A stretch of DNA of 62,170 nucleotides, filler included, from Choristocarpus tenellus KU-1152 (Eukaryota > Protista > Phaeophyceae), in NCBI GenBank assembly GCA_964200185.2. It is 11 parts of 11 records of this genome, joined end to end, with 100 filler letters (N's around TTAATTAATTAA, not from the genome) between each part and the next. Parts side by side here need not be neighbours in the genome. Positions count along the whole stretch, not along the records: positions 43,725 to 53,169 come from CAXNAD020003672.1; positions 53,270 to 62,170 come from CAXNAD020004212.1; 9 more parts are not named here. One strand, given 5' to 3'. Of this stretch, positions 52,460 through 62,170 are shown in pieces. The notes beneath the pieces were generated by a model. The model saw only the letters and a list, made by a program, of their open reading frames with translations, was not told where the DNA came from and made no database searches. Both the position numbers and the translations under genes were made by a program. How positions within the stretch are numbered: the first letter of the stretch is position 1; each line of letters starts with the position of its first letter.

Positions 52460-53736
52460 GAACAACGGCAATGGGATATCTATCCAAAGGGAAGGGCTGA
52501 GGGTAAATGGTAGAGGTGGTGTGTGTTGGCAAAACAGATGATGTCAAAACAGACGTCAACACAAAATATTGCCATGTCAGGATCCAGTTATCCTTTCGCC
52601 CTGTAGCAGTTTGATGCGCTTTGTGGCGCTTCGAGAGGTTGAGATAGATATTTATTGTAAGAATATATATGTCAAAAAAGGTTAGAGTTGAAGTTAGTGA
52701 TAGCAACAGTTTATTTGGAGTGAGGTATGGCGTTTAGAGTTCAATATCCAGATTTCAAGGTTTGTGTGTTATTGAAAAGCCTACCTGAAACCTAAAACAG
52801 GGCAACCTAGAAATCCGGATATTGAAATCTAAATGCTGTACGTCACTCACTGATAAACTGTCGCGGTTACTTCTCTTACCAAGTCCCATGATCCCCACCC
52901 GATTCGTGAGTTTGAAGAGTGCAAAGCGAGATCACGTCGAGGCATTCCACCGATACCAACTATTGTCCGTCCAAAAAAGATTCGGGAGCGTCCGGGGAGA
53001 GAGGATTAGTATGATTTAAACACCGAACAGTCACTAGATCGCTTAGTGTCAGCCTTTACTGCTCGCCTTATTATGGCTACATCGCTTCCGACCCCAGAAC
53101 AGCCGATTTCAAAAATTGAGGATGGAGCTTTTCATTGAGGATGGGCTTGACCCAAAATTGACTGGAATANNNNNNNNNNNNNNNNNNNNNNNNNNNNNNN
53201 NNNNNNNNNNNNNTTAATTAATTAANNNNNNNNNNNNNNNNNNNNNNNNNNNNNNNNNNNNNNNNNNNNCATCAAAGAGGGTAAAGGTGATACACCCGGC
53301 GAGATTGCTCGGTGTCTGTAGAGTGATTGATTATATTTAGGTGGGGCATGCAAGTCCCCATAATATCAGAAATATTTCGTTTTATATGAGATTCTCCTTA
53401 AACTAATCACTAGTAAAAGGTTCTGATAACTCAACCACTAATTGATTGTTCCGTTACTCTGTAACTGTCCACGTAACTGTCCGATAGAGTTGGAAGAGTC
53501 TAATCGAACATATGTGAATTTCAGGACGTTTGGTTTGCAGTTTTTAACTCAACAGAGCAGCATATGTGCGCACATGTGTATCTTCTTCCAAACAAGAAGG
53601 ATACTACATAGTCCAGATTAGTAGTTTGTTTCCCCTCATTTATGACTCTCCTGTTAAATATCTCACAGTATCACAATTTGTCATCTCACCAATCTGCACA
53701 CAACCGTATCTTGTGTGCATCTGTTTGATACCCCAG

Positions 53737-54546
53737 GAGTGTGGTGGAGAGAGGTGGTTAAATCTATGCCAAACAGGAACGACTCTTGTCCAGTCGACTC
53801 CTCATTCGACCAGTGTGCCAGAGCTGGCAGGTCTCCAACAGCAACATCTCCATCCCCACCAACACCATGATGAGCATCACCATGTAGGGATACCCACTGC
53901 TGACACAGGTTGCCACACAATCAACCTTGCACCGCAGCAGTCAGTGAAGGTGGACAGTCAGAAGCTGGTGGAGGTGTCAGTGTCTGACCAAAAAATGGTA
54001 GAGCTCACAAAAGTGGGAGTTGTGGCAAAGATCGGTGCTGATGCACCTCAGCACACAGGAGTTATTTTAGCCAACTCTGAGCCTGGGTTGTTGGAGAAGC
54101 ACATAGTCCATGACAACGAGAATCATCAAATTCTCCATCAGTCCAATTTGCAGGTACCATGGAGACAGTCATGCTTTGGAGGAGGCAGTGGGGATGTCGG
54201 TGGTGGTGGCTGTGGCACATTGATGGAAATGATGGCAAGTGAAAGTGGCAGCAGCTCCCGAGATACTGTAACAATCATGTCAAAAATGTGTTCAGATACA
54301 CATAACGGCACTCTGCTTGAGAGTGCATCAACAGCAACCGACCACATGTCCTTGATAGACCAAAATTACGAGCACTTCAGCAGTGGTGAGAAGGACCTCG
54401 AGCATCATCACCAACAGTTGGAGCATGGTCAGTCTCGCCTGCAGCTACATCCCCACCAGTCGCTGCAACACCTACAAAACAGTTACGAAAATGAACATCT
54501 GTTTGCTTCAACTCAACAATTGACCAGGGGGACTTTGAAACCGTAA
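53737..54546 (+). CDS. Terminal exon of an unknown His/Gln-rich host protein
   Basis: Within ORF 53566..54546. CCCCAG acceptor at 53736; 269 codons to TAA. Confidence 0.6.
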   Translation, partial: ECGGERWLNLCQTGTTLVQSTPHSTSVPELAGLQQQHLHPHQHHDEHHHVGIPTADTGCHTINLAPQQSVKVDSQKLVEVSVSDQKMVELTKVGVVAKIGADAPQHTGVILANSEPGLLEKHIVHDNENHQILHQSNLQVPWRQSCFGGGSGDVGGGGCGTLMEMMASESGSSSRDTVTIMSKMCSDTHNGTLLESASTATDHMSLIDQNYEHFSSGEKDLEHHHQQLEHGQSRLQLHPHQSLQHLQNSYENEHLFASTQQLTRGTLKP

Positions 54547-55039
54547 TTACTACCCACCTTTAGGAGCTCTCTTGTCATTAGATACGCCTGAAAGCAGGCA
54601 AATATGTGACGATAGAAAAGGCAGAACTTACAGGGAAGATAAACAGGCAATCTTCCAAATCCAGTTGGGTTATTGCTTGTGTACTGATTGATTTAGAGTT
54701 TACAGTCAGTTGTGAGGGGACGTTGATGAGGCCCCCAAACTCTTGTTTTGATTTTGTATGAAACCTCTATCAATAGGACAGGCTTGTAATAGCAACTTCA
54801 GGTTGGTGCTTGTGGGAAAAATTGATTGTGAGGTTTGTGGAGTGCCCTTCTAACTTTTCTGCCCAGAGTGTTCCCCTTAGACCCAGCTGAGTCTGTGTAG
54901 ACTAGAGGGATAGCAACTGTATGGTAATTTTCAGGGCAAAGTAGAATACTTGCAGTAGTGGCAGACATTTAAAGAAATATTTTCTACGTGACCATGACAG
55001 GATTGATAGAATCCCCACCTACCTGAGATAGTGTTCAAT

Positions 55040-55470
55040 CTCATTTTGTGTATGGCACAGACACGTCCTGCGCCATTTCTAGCACCATGCTAGAGGAGTA
55101 CTGTGGTTGCTGACTGGTGGAGGTTGTCTTTTTGTACACATGCAGACCACACAGCCCCCCCTGTGTCTTTCTTTCTGGAGCTGCTCCACCACTGTAGGTG
55201 CTTAGTGCAGATGTTATCTTTCTCCTCCTTACCCCCAGCACAGTCCTTATGTGTTTATCTAGGACACAACCCCCACTGAGAGCATTGCAAACTGCAGTAC
55301 CCCATCCTGGTCATAGGAGATTGGCAGTAGCACATTACTGTTATTCGTTGCAAGTGAGGCACAAAACCACTACTTCCCAGGAATACTGCTTGACAACACT
55401 GTCGCAACAGGTTTGTTGGAGTGCATGCAAGTCTTTTGATAGGTGTAATTGTGTTGATCAACCATAAATA
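55040..55470 (-). pseudogene. piggyBac-like transposase C-terminal remnant
   Basis: VDQHN..YQ, then Cys-rich QGGCVVC...AWC..GRVCAIH across frameshifts. Confidence 0.4.
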
Positions 55471-55678
55471 AATGAACCCATATTGAAATGGTTAATGGCC
55501 ATCGACTTATGTTTGAGCTTGGTTGTACATGGCTGGCCGGTGGCCCCGATCATGATGAGCAAGTGATGGCCATGGACTCGGTCATGTTATAACATTTTAT
55601 CTGGGCTGGCCAGGTATTTTTTTTTACACTCAGGCCAGCTACGCCATGGCCATGCCTCCTATTATATATTTTATTCAC

Positions 55679-55785
55679 CCTGTTACCACTCCACTCAAAC
55701 CCACACCAGTGACCACTCCACTCAACCCCACATCAGTTACCACTCTACTCATCCTCACACCACTCAACACCACTCCACACTCATC
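55679..55785 (+). repeat. 27-bp degenerate tandem repeat, about 4 copies
   Basis: ccWgtKaccactccactcaaMcccaca units. Confidence 0.75.
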
Positions 55786-56689
55786 CAAGAACACCCCTTC
55801 GTCTACTTCATACTGTGCCTTTGAACTAGAAGACATCTACCCCGCCCGAACTTGACCTCCCCTCCCTTTACCCAGATTCCAATCGGTTGTGAGCAAGCGA
55901 CAGGGTGGGTGGGCGGGAAAGCTTACTCGGAGGTTGTCTTGTTCTAGCCCCTCCTCATCTTGTACCATCAGCCCTCAGTTTCCTTTATATACTGACCATT
56001 CCTTCCTACCTTGTGCCTCCTCCTACCAACCACTTCTTTAACTTCTCTCTTGCCTCTTTTACCTCCAAATCACTCAGTACTTAACTCTTCGTTCAACCTT
56101 TGCCTACTTTTTCTTCTTCCTTCCTCACCTCTCTCTCCCCTGTACCACATTACCACCAGAATTCTTCCGCCCAGAAAACTCAGATTACTCCACAAACCCT
56201 ACCTCCGTCACTAGTATGAATTTGAATATAAAAACTATAAATTTACAATAAAAACATTGTTAGGTACCTGAGGTGACTTGTAATCCATGTGTGCGAACAT
56301 CTTGTATTCATGCGCCACTCATCGTCATCACCCATCACTCCTCACCCCTGTGTGAACTGAGAACACTATGAAGTTCAGTGAACACAAGCCTTAACCCTGA
56401 GAGAATAGACATTGGGGCAGACAACTTGAGTTGCAATGAGTGCACCAGCGGGGATACATTGCCAGTGATGGAGATAGAGGAGCGAGAATCTTAGGGATGA
56501 GGGTAGCAGTATTACCAGTGGCAGTGATGACGATAGTTGTAGCAACACTGGCAGCCATGCATCAAGAGGATGCCCAGACAAGGCTAGGTTGACAACTCTG
56601 TCGACACAACTCCGTGAAGTGTTGAGTTTGGCACATCTGTTGACAGTACCCTCAGACAGCCCTCTGCGCGCGCTTAATAGTGGTATGTT

Positions 56690-58700
56690 GTGGTAGATAT
56701 GATTGGGAATCGAAAGAAACCCAATAGTGAGGTATCTCTGATTTTCCAGTTCTTCAAAACCATGGATAACACCGAAGACCCCAACTCACAGTGCCAGTTT
56801 ATGGTACGGGCTCAGAGTGAAGGGGGTAAGGGAAACAAAGCGAAAAGGAAGAAATATGTGGTGCATGGTTGACAAGGGCAAACAAGGAAAACAAATCTTA
56901 CACGTCACCTTCTCTGCGCACACAAGCATGAGTTCGACATCTACAAGAAGGAAAGCAAGTGCTTGAGGGTAGCTAAGAATGTCAGAGCTGGAGGTGTTTC
57001 AGGTAAGTTTCTGTTTGATTTTTTTTTTTCTTGTTTCCTATTTTGTCTACGACTTTGAACCTGATGATTTTCGAAATTATACATTTTAATGATGTACTGC
57101 CTTTCAACATAACCATGATCTTTTTAACTTCAAAATGAAAAAAGTAGATTGGACATTTGACTCATATATTTAATCTAACTTGTAACCAATAATTTTATCC
57201 TTTTTAGTTATGCCCTCACTGCCAAAGCCCCATACACTATAGTTAATATTTACGTTTTGCTTGTCGTTGCCTTTGCACAGGTGTCAGTGTGGAAGGGGCC
57301 ACTACTCTGTTCATCATGTCTGAACATGTCATATCCAAGTCTAGGCGCCATGGACTCAATCGCAAATTTGGCATTGAGACAGAGATCTATTGTCAGCCAG
57401 AGAAGAGGAGATTTAAAGAATACACGATTCATATGAGTGACTTTTCGCCATCCTATGCCACTTCACTGATGCACCCAACAACGTTCAACATGGTGCTTCT
57501 TGAGCTGTGTGTGGAGGTTCAGAACAGCTTTGCTGAAAAGTTGTGTTTGCAATGTGAAGGGTGCTTGAGGTTTGGGTACTCAGGACGTTTTTGTGGGTTT
57601 CAACGCGACATCACCAGTATTGCTGCAGTCAAGTATTGCATGGTACTGTGAGTATGGTCCCGGGCGTTGAGCACATTCCCTGGGAGCTGGACCTTTTTCT
57701 GGGAAGCACACCTATTCAGACATGAAACTCTGGATTGAGAAGGTCAGTTGAAGATTGTCCTGTGTCCTTTCCCATCATCCATGGTATGATTATCCTGGAA
57801 ACAAATACTACTAACAACTGATAATGTAATTTTCAATTCTATGATGTGATTTTATATTATTTTGGTTGTAGTAGTACTGATAGTTGTTTCAATTTCTTCT
57901 GTTTTTATAGAGCTAGAAAGCTTTACTTTTTCTTAAAAAACATTTTGCATTTTTTTTCACCTTAATCCTTATTATCTCAATTTCTGTGCATACCACCTCC
58001 TGTGTCTGTGTACTATATGAGGTTGTGACTGCGTACTTCAACAATGGTACTCTGCACGATGCTCAAGATGGCTTGCCTGCTGAAGAGCAACTGGAGGAGG
58101 GCATCCTTGAGCTGAATGTTGAAGTTCAAGCAATGCAAGACGAGCTTGCTGTTATGGTGGACGTAAAAGAAGGAATGTGGAAGAGAAGAATCTCAACATT
58201 ATAAGGCGCAATGACACATGGTGAGTAGTGATTACGTAATACATGCGCATTTAATCATGATTTTCGTGAGAAGACTTGAAAATTACAACCCATGGCATGA
58301 TATCCTTCACGTCCTGCCTCTCCACCCATGGTGTAAGATAATATTTTTCTGTATGGTGTCTAGAATTTACCTCATTCTCCTGATCATTCCCCTACCCGTC
58401 ATTTTGTCTGGCTCGCTTAAAGGTTTGAACCCACCTGTAGGTTTTTCAATCATCTCCTTCATCTCCAACTGGCCATCGTAAGATACTTTGAGAAACACTG
58501 AAAAAATATCAAAGAGGTGTCTCCACGGTGTGGAGTGGGTGCTCTTGCGTGAACTAGCCAATCTTCTTGAGCTGGTGATAGATATCACAGCCCGTATTCA
58601 GGGAGGGCGTGATGGTTTCATGACCAGAATTATTTGTTTGATGACTGAACTCATTCATTATCATCTATAGCGAGGATGTGCACCCCATCAAGACTTCGTG
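56690..58700 (+). pseudogene. hAT transposase remnant with a BED-finger-like N-terminus
   Basis: IFQFF...CQF...TNLTRHLLCAH; later SNWPS*DTL and EWVLLRELANLLELVIDITARIQGG. Confidence 0.6.
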
Positions 58701-58809
58701 GAGTAATGGAGATGATGCTGTTGAGGATATACCAACGACAAAACTCATTGACGCTTCGCAAGTACTAATCTGCATTCTCCCAAAAGCAAAAAGTGTTGTG
58801 TTTTCCACA

Positions 58810-59064
58810 GAGTCAAAGTATCTTAGAGGTTAGAGCCGCGTCCATTTGGGGGCCAATATCCAAAGTTGAATTTTGATGTAAATTTGGAAATCATGTTGTT
58901 AGGAGATGTCAATATCCTTGTTCTGGACACACTTTTTCATAACATGCATTTTATCTACTCAAAAACATTTTGGAGTAGGCAAAGTGTCATTAAAAACCCG
59001 TGGGAAGCCAAGTCCCAAATGGACAAACAGGGCAAAACTCGTACCCTCTAAGATACTTTCACTC
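58810..59064 (-). mobile_element. MITE family B (ACA on both flanks)
   Basis: gagtcaaagtatcttagagg ... ccctctaagatactttcactc. Confidence 0.92.
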
Positions 59065-59149
59065 ACAGCGTTCAATATTTAAACTTATACTTCAAGTACT
59101 TGACCTGCCACTTTTCTGGTACACGTACACTTTCACACGAGATTCCTTG

Positions 59150-60110
59150 TGTTCGGTTGCGAGCACCCCCATCCCCTGTCTCAAATTATCCACCTCTTTA
59201 ATAAGATGCCTATTGAGGCGCAAGTACGTAAGTCTCTTCACCTTAACGACATCCAGACTATGCTGTGAGTTGGTGAGCTAAGGGCGAGAGGGGAGAATCT
59301 CTTCTTGATGAGTGAAAGTATCTTAGAGGGTACGAGTTTTGCCCTGTTTGTCCGTTTGGGGCTTGGCTTCCCACGCGTTTTTTATGACATTTTCCTACTC
59401 CGAACTGTTGCGGAGTAGGAAAATGTGTACGTTATGAGAAGGTGTGTCCGGAACAAGGATATTGACTCTTCCTTAACAAGCACGATAGCCAAAATTACAT
59501 TAAAATCGGAACATTGGATTTTTTCCCCCAAATGGACGCGGCTCTACCCTTCAAGATACTTTGACTGTGATTGACAACTTGAGTCCTTCAAACCTGTGGT
59601 AAAGCCTGGCAAACATGACCAGAAGGGGCGATTGCGGAGCCTGTAACACCTTGGCTCAGGACTTCAGAACGAATAACCATTCTTCTATGATCCTTCCCTT
59701 TCTCTGATGGTCTCCTCCTCGCCTTCTTTTATAGGCGTTGCATCTCCTGCTGCTCCACCCTCAACAATTCTCCCCAGTCATAAACCCAGGTATTTCTGGC
59801 ATAGGGTCAGATTCAATGTCATCTATCATGACAGCAAAACTTTCGTTTCCCTCATCTGCATCTTGAAGAGAGTCCCCTTTGTGCTCTAGCTCAGCAACAG
59901 CTTTGTTTTTCAACCAAGAGGCCCCAATTGCGCACCAGTCTACACTGTAATCTTTTGTACGGGGGTCAAGAAGGCATGTCACTTGCTCCTTATCGATGCT
60001 TGCCTCACAGAACTTCCGCGCCTTCATATCCTCAAGGTTAATATACATGATGCCAGAAAAACATATGCTGATTACATTTTGCTTCAACTGAAAGTAATCC
60101 ACTAGTTACA
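59150..60110 (-). pseudogene. hAT transposase C-terminal remnant (dimerisation domain), split by a MITE
   Basis: CLLDPRTK, LVMFARLY, SSCQS|RRD, SLDVVKVKRLTYLRLN. Confidence 0.6.
59310..59567 (+). mobile_element. MITE family B with 4-bp TSD TGAT
   Basis: TGAT at 59306-59309 and 59568-59571. Confidence 0.92.
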
Positions 60111-60424
60111 TTAATATTGTGGCATCTGACCTAACGGGGATTTCATGTGGAATAGACCAAGATACTCATTCATCAACGGTCAAGTATGCCAATAGTAGGT
60201 GTGTAAATTAACAAAAAGATCCATGTATATATCTCTCCTGACATTCTCACTGCACATACGTATGTATATGTTCCTCTTCATTTCGAACCAAGAGAGTCCA
60301 GAGATGATTTGACAGAGTACTATATGCACATACTGGAGTATCACTTACCTTCAATATGTTGACACATTTTTATTGTTTTCATGGATTGGGCAAATGACAT
60401 CGAGAGTTGAACTTATATGAAACG

Positions 60425-60699
60425 TAGTGAACATGGTCCCGACATGCCAGAAAAAAATGAACTGATAGGCGGCCATGGTCCGGATATGCATGGAAAAAAG
60501 TTAGGATTGCCGGACAGTGGACATGGACCGGTACAATACCCTGTTGGACGTGGACAAGGACATGTTAAATGATTGTGGGACGGGTCTGGACATCAACATG
60601 GATCGGTTCACTACCTAGTGGACATGGACTTGGACACACTAAATAATTGTGGGACCCGTCCAGGACCTTTTTATTTTGCCGACCCAGTAAAACGCCCTG
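60425..60699. repeat. Cluster of GGACATG-type motifs ending ...aaacgccctg (resembles a hAT subterminal region)
   Basis: About 10 dispersed gacatg/ggacac motifs; CAGGG-type end on the minus strand. Confidence 0.4.
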
Positions 60700-62170
60700 A
60701 ACCTTTCGCTTTCGGAGTATTGTGTGGTACTTTACACACCTTACCTTCCACTAAGAATAGACTTTGAAAGTGTGAAAATGATCCAAGCAGGCAGAAGGGG
60801 AGGTGGGACGCCAGAAAACTCCCAACAAAACTCTAGGAAACCATATCTAAACCTCCATATTATTAATAGTACTCAAAGTCCTAGGTTAGATCATTTCCCA
60901 TCATAAAGAAGGAGAGAACAAAGCATCAACCATGATCTCATCAAATGCAGAAGGAGTTGGGGTGAGGCAACTCCCCAAAAAGTTTACTGTGTGCGTGTGC
61001 AAAAGCGTGCACAGACCTACCATTTTTCTGTCTACTGCCTCATTGGATGTCAGAAAATGTTTCCAAAGGACTTCCGCCTTTTGAAAGTGTTGTTTTCATC
61101 GCCATGCTTAGTTGTGTGTGCCTCAACAGCCTTCAGATATTGGATATTCTAACAGTTCCCTTTTATCAAGTAGGACAACTTTATGCCAGGTATATACAGA
61201 AGAGTGAAAATATTACCATGCTAATGATTCTTGTCAGCGTACATGTTTGGTGGAGGGCTCACAGGATGAGGAATCAAGGCATAGAGTACTGTGTTCTGTT
61301 CAAAAAGAGCCATCTTCTCACGGAGGGTGTTTTGCTGAGTAGTTGGGGCTCCAACGACTGTCTCCTAGTACATGAACCCCTAGGATTCTGGAGAAGGTTT
61401 GATGCATATGTTAGTGTTAGTCTCCTCTTCTACAGCCACAGCCTTGAAAACTGGGTTGACATGGGAACAGGGTGTCAGGCAGAAGGTTCCTGAAGCCCCA
61501 AAACTCAGAAGGGTCTCCAAGATAGGATGGCTCAATCAACAAGTAGTATTGAATCGACTACAAAATGTACTTTCCTTGCAGGATCCACATCAATACCAAA
61601 CGAAAGATACACAAAGGTGAAAACACAGAGTGCACGACACATAAAATCCTTTCCACGATCAAGATAGGTACAAACAATGCTGCCCATTGCGAGGGTTCAT
61701 GTGTTACTATATATTTTGAGCCAAAGAAATTGAGACATGGGCAGGTTTGAACCCTTTCGCATTCTAAGCCATCATTCTCACACTTTCCAACATACTCTGT
61801 TTCACTGCTAATGTCCACAACCGTGTATGTAAAATTGATATTCTCCTTTTGATACAAAAAATGACACAATTTACCACTGGCTCCTTCTGCAATTGTACAA
61901 AACGGCATCATCTTGCCCTTTCTTGGGATCCTTAAAATGCAGCCTTGTCTACCTCATAATTATTTTGGCTCTTTCTTGTTCATAGTATGCTAAACAAGCA
62001 AAATGCACCAGATTGTGTTGATTTTCCTGCTCTTGTGCTACAATTGCCAAAGGAAGACTGAACATGGCAGCTTGATGGTTTGGAGATGGGCACAAGAGCG
62101 CTAGACAAGGTTGGGAGGGGGACAGGGGGGCAGATGAAGCAATACACTGATGAGATGAGTACATATCGTA

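Noticed and set aside
54992-55005. 14-bp match (ccatgacaggattg) to the duplicated 21-mer near 25430
   Set aside because: The similarity does not extend; compatible with chance.
57061-57080. CTGATGA...GAAA hammerhead-like core
   Set aside because: No stem II and no flanking stems I/III can be formed.

Overview
This is not one locus. It is 11 short eukaryotic contigs joined by artificial 100-bp spacers (44 N + TTAATTAATTAA + 44 N): 1-5174, 5275-7991, 8092-10677, 10778-15048, 15149-20839, 20940-24751, 24852-29886, 29987-40250, 40351-43624, 43725-53169 and 53270-62170. GT-AG introns, TTAGGG repeats and a signal peptide followed by a 'SNA/F' plastid-targeting motif point to a photosynthetic stramenopile, probably a brown alga or relative (inference). 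Host genes: three exons of histidyl-tRNA synthetase, four exons of a TULIP/BPI-like protein, a complete six-exon gene for an uncharacterised plastid-targeted protein, and two orphan exons. The rest is mostly decayed transposons: a CRE-like non-LTR element, DIRS/Ngaro-like RT and tyrosine recombinase, a DD39D mariner, and hAT, piggyBac-, MULE-, KDZ-, gypsy- and LINE-like remnants. On top of these sit about 19 copies of a GRG-terminal (Sola2-like) MITE group. The most notable observations are: (1) this MITE group shows both 3- and 4-bp target-site duplications; (2) a mobile array of ~43-bp imperfect palindromes at ~94-bp pitch; (3) a segment flanked by a 13-bp telomeric direct repeat; (4) telomere-derived satellites inside HisRS introns; (5) the uncharacterised plastid protein. 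All family assignments come from motif recognition by eye, with no database search.
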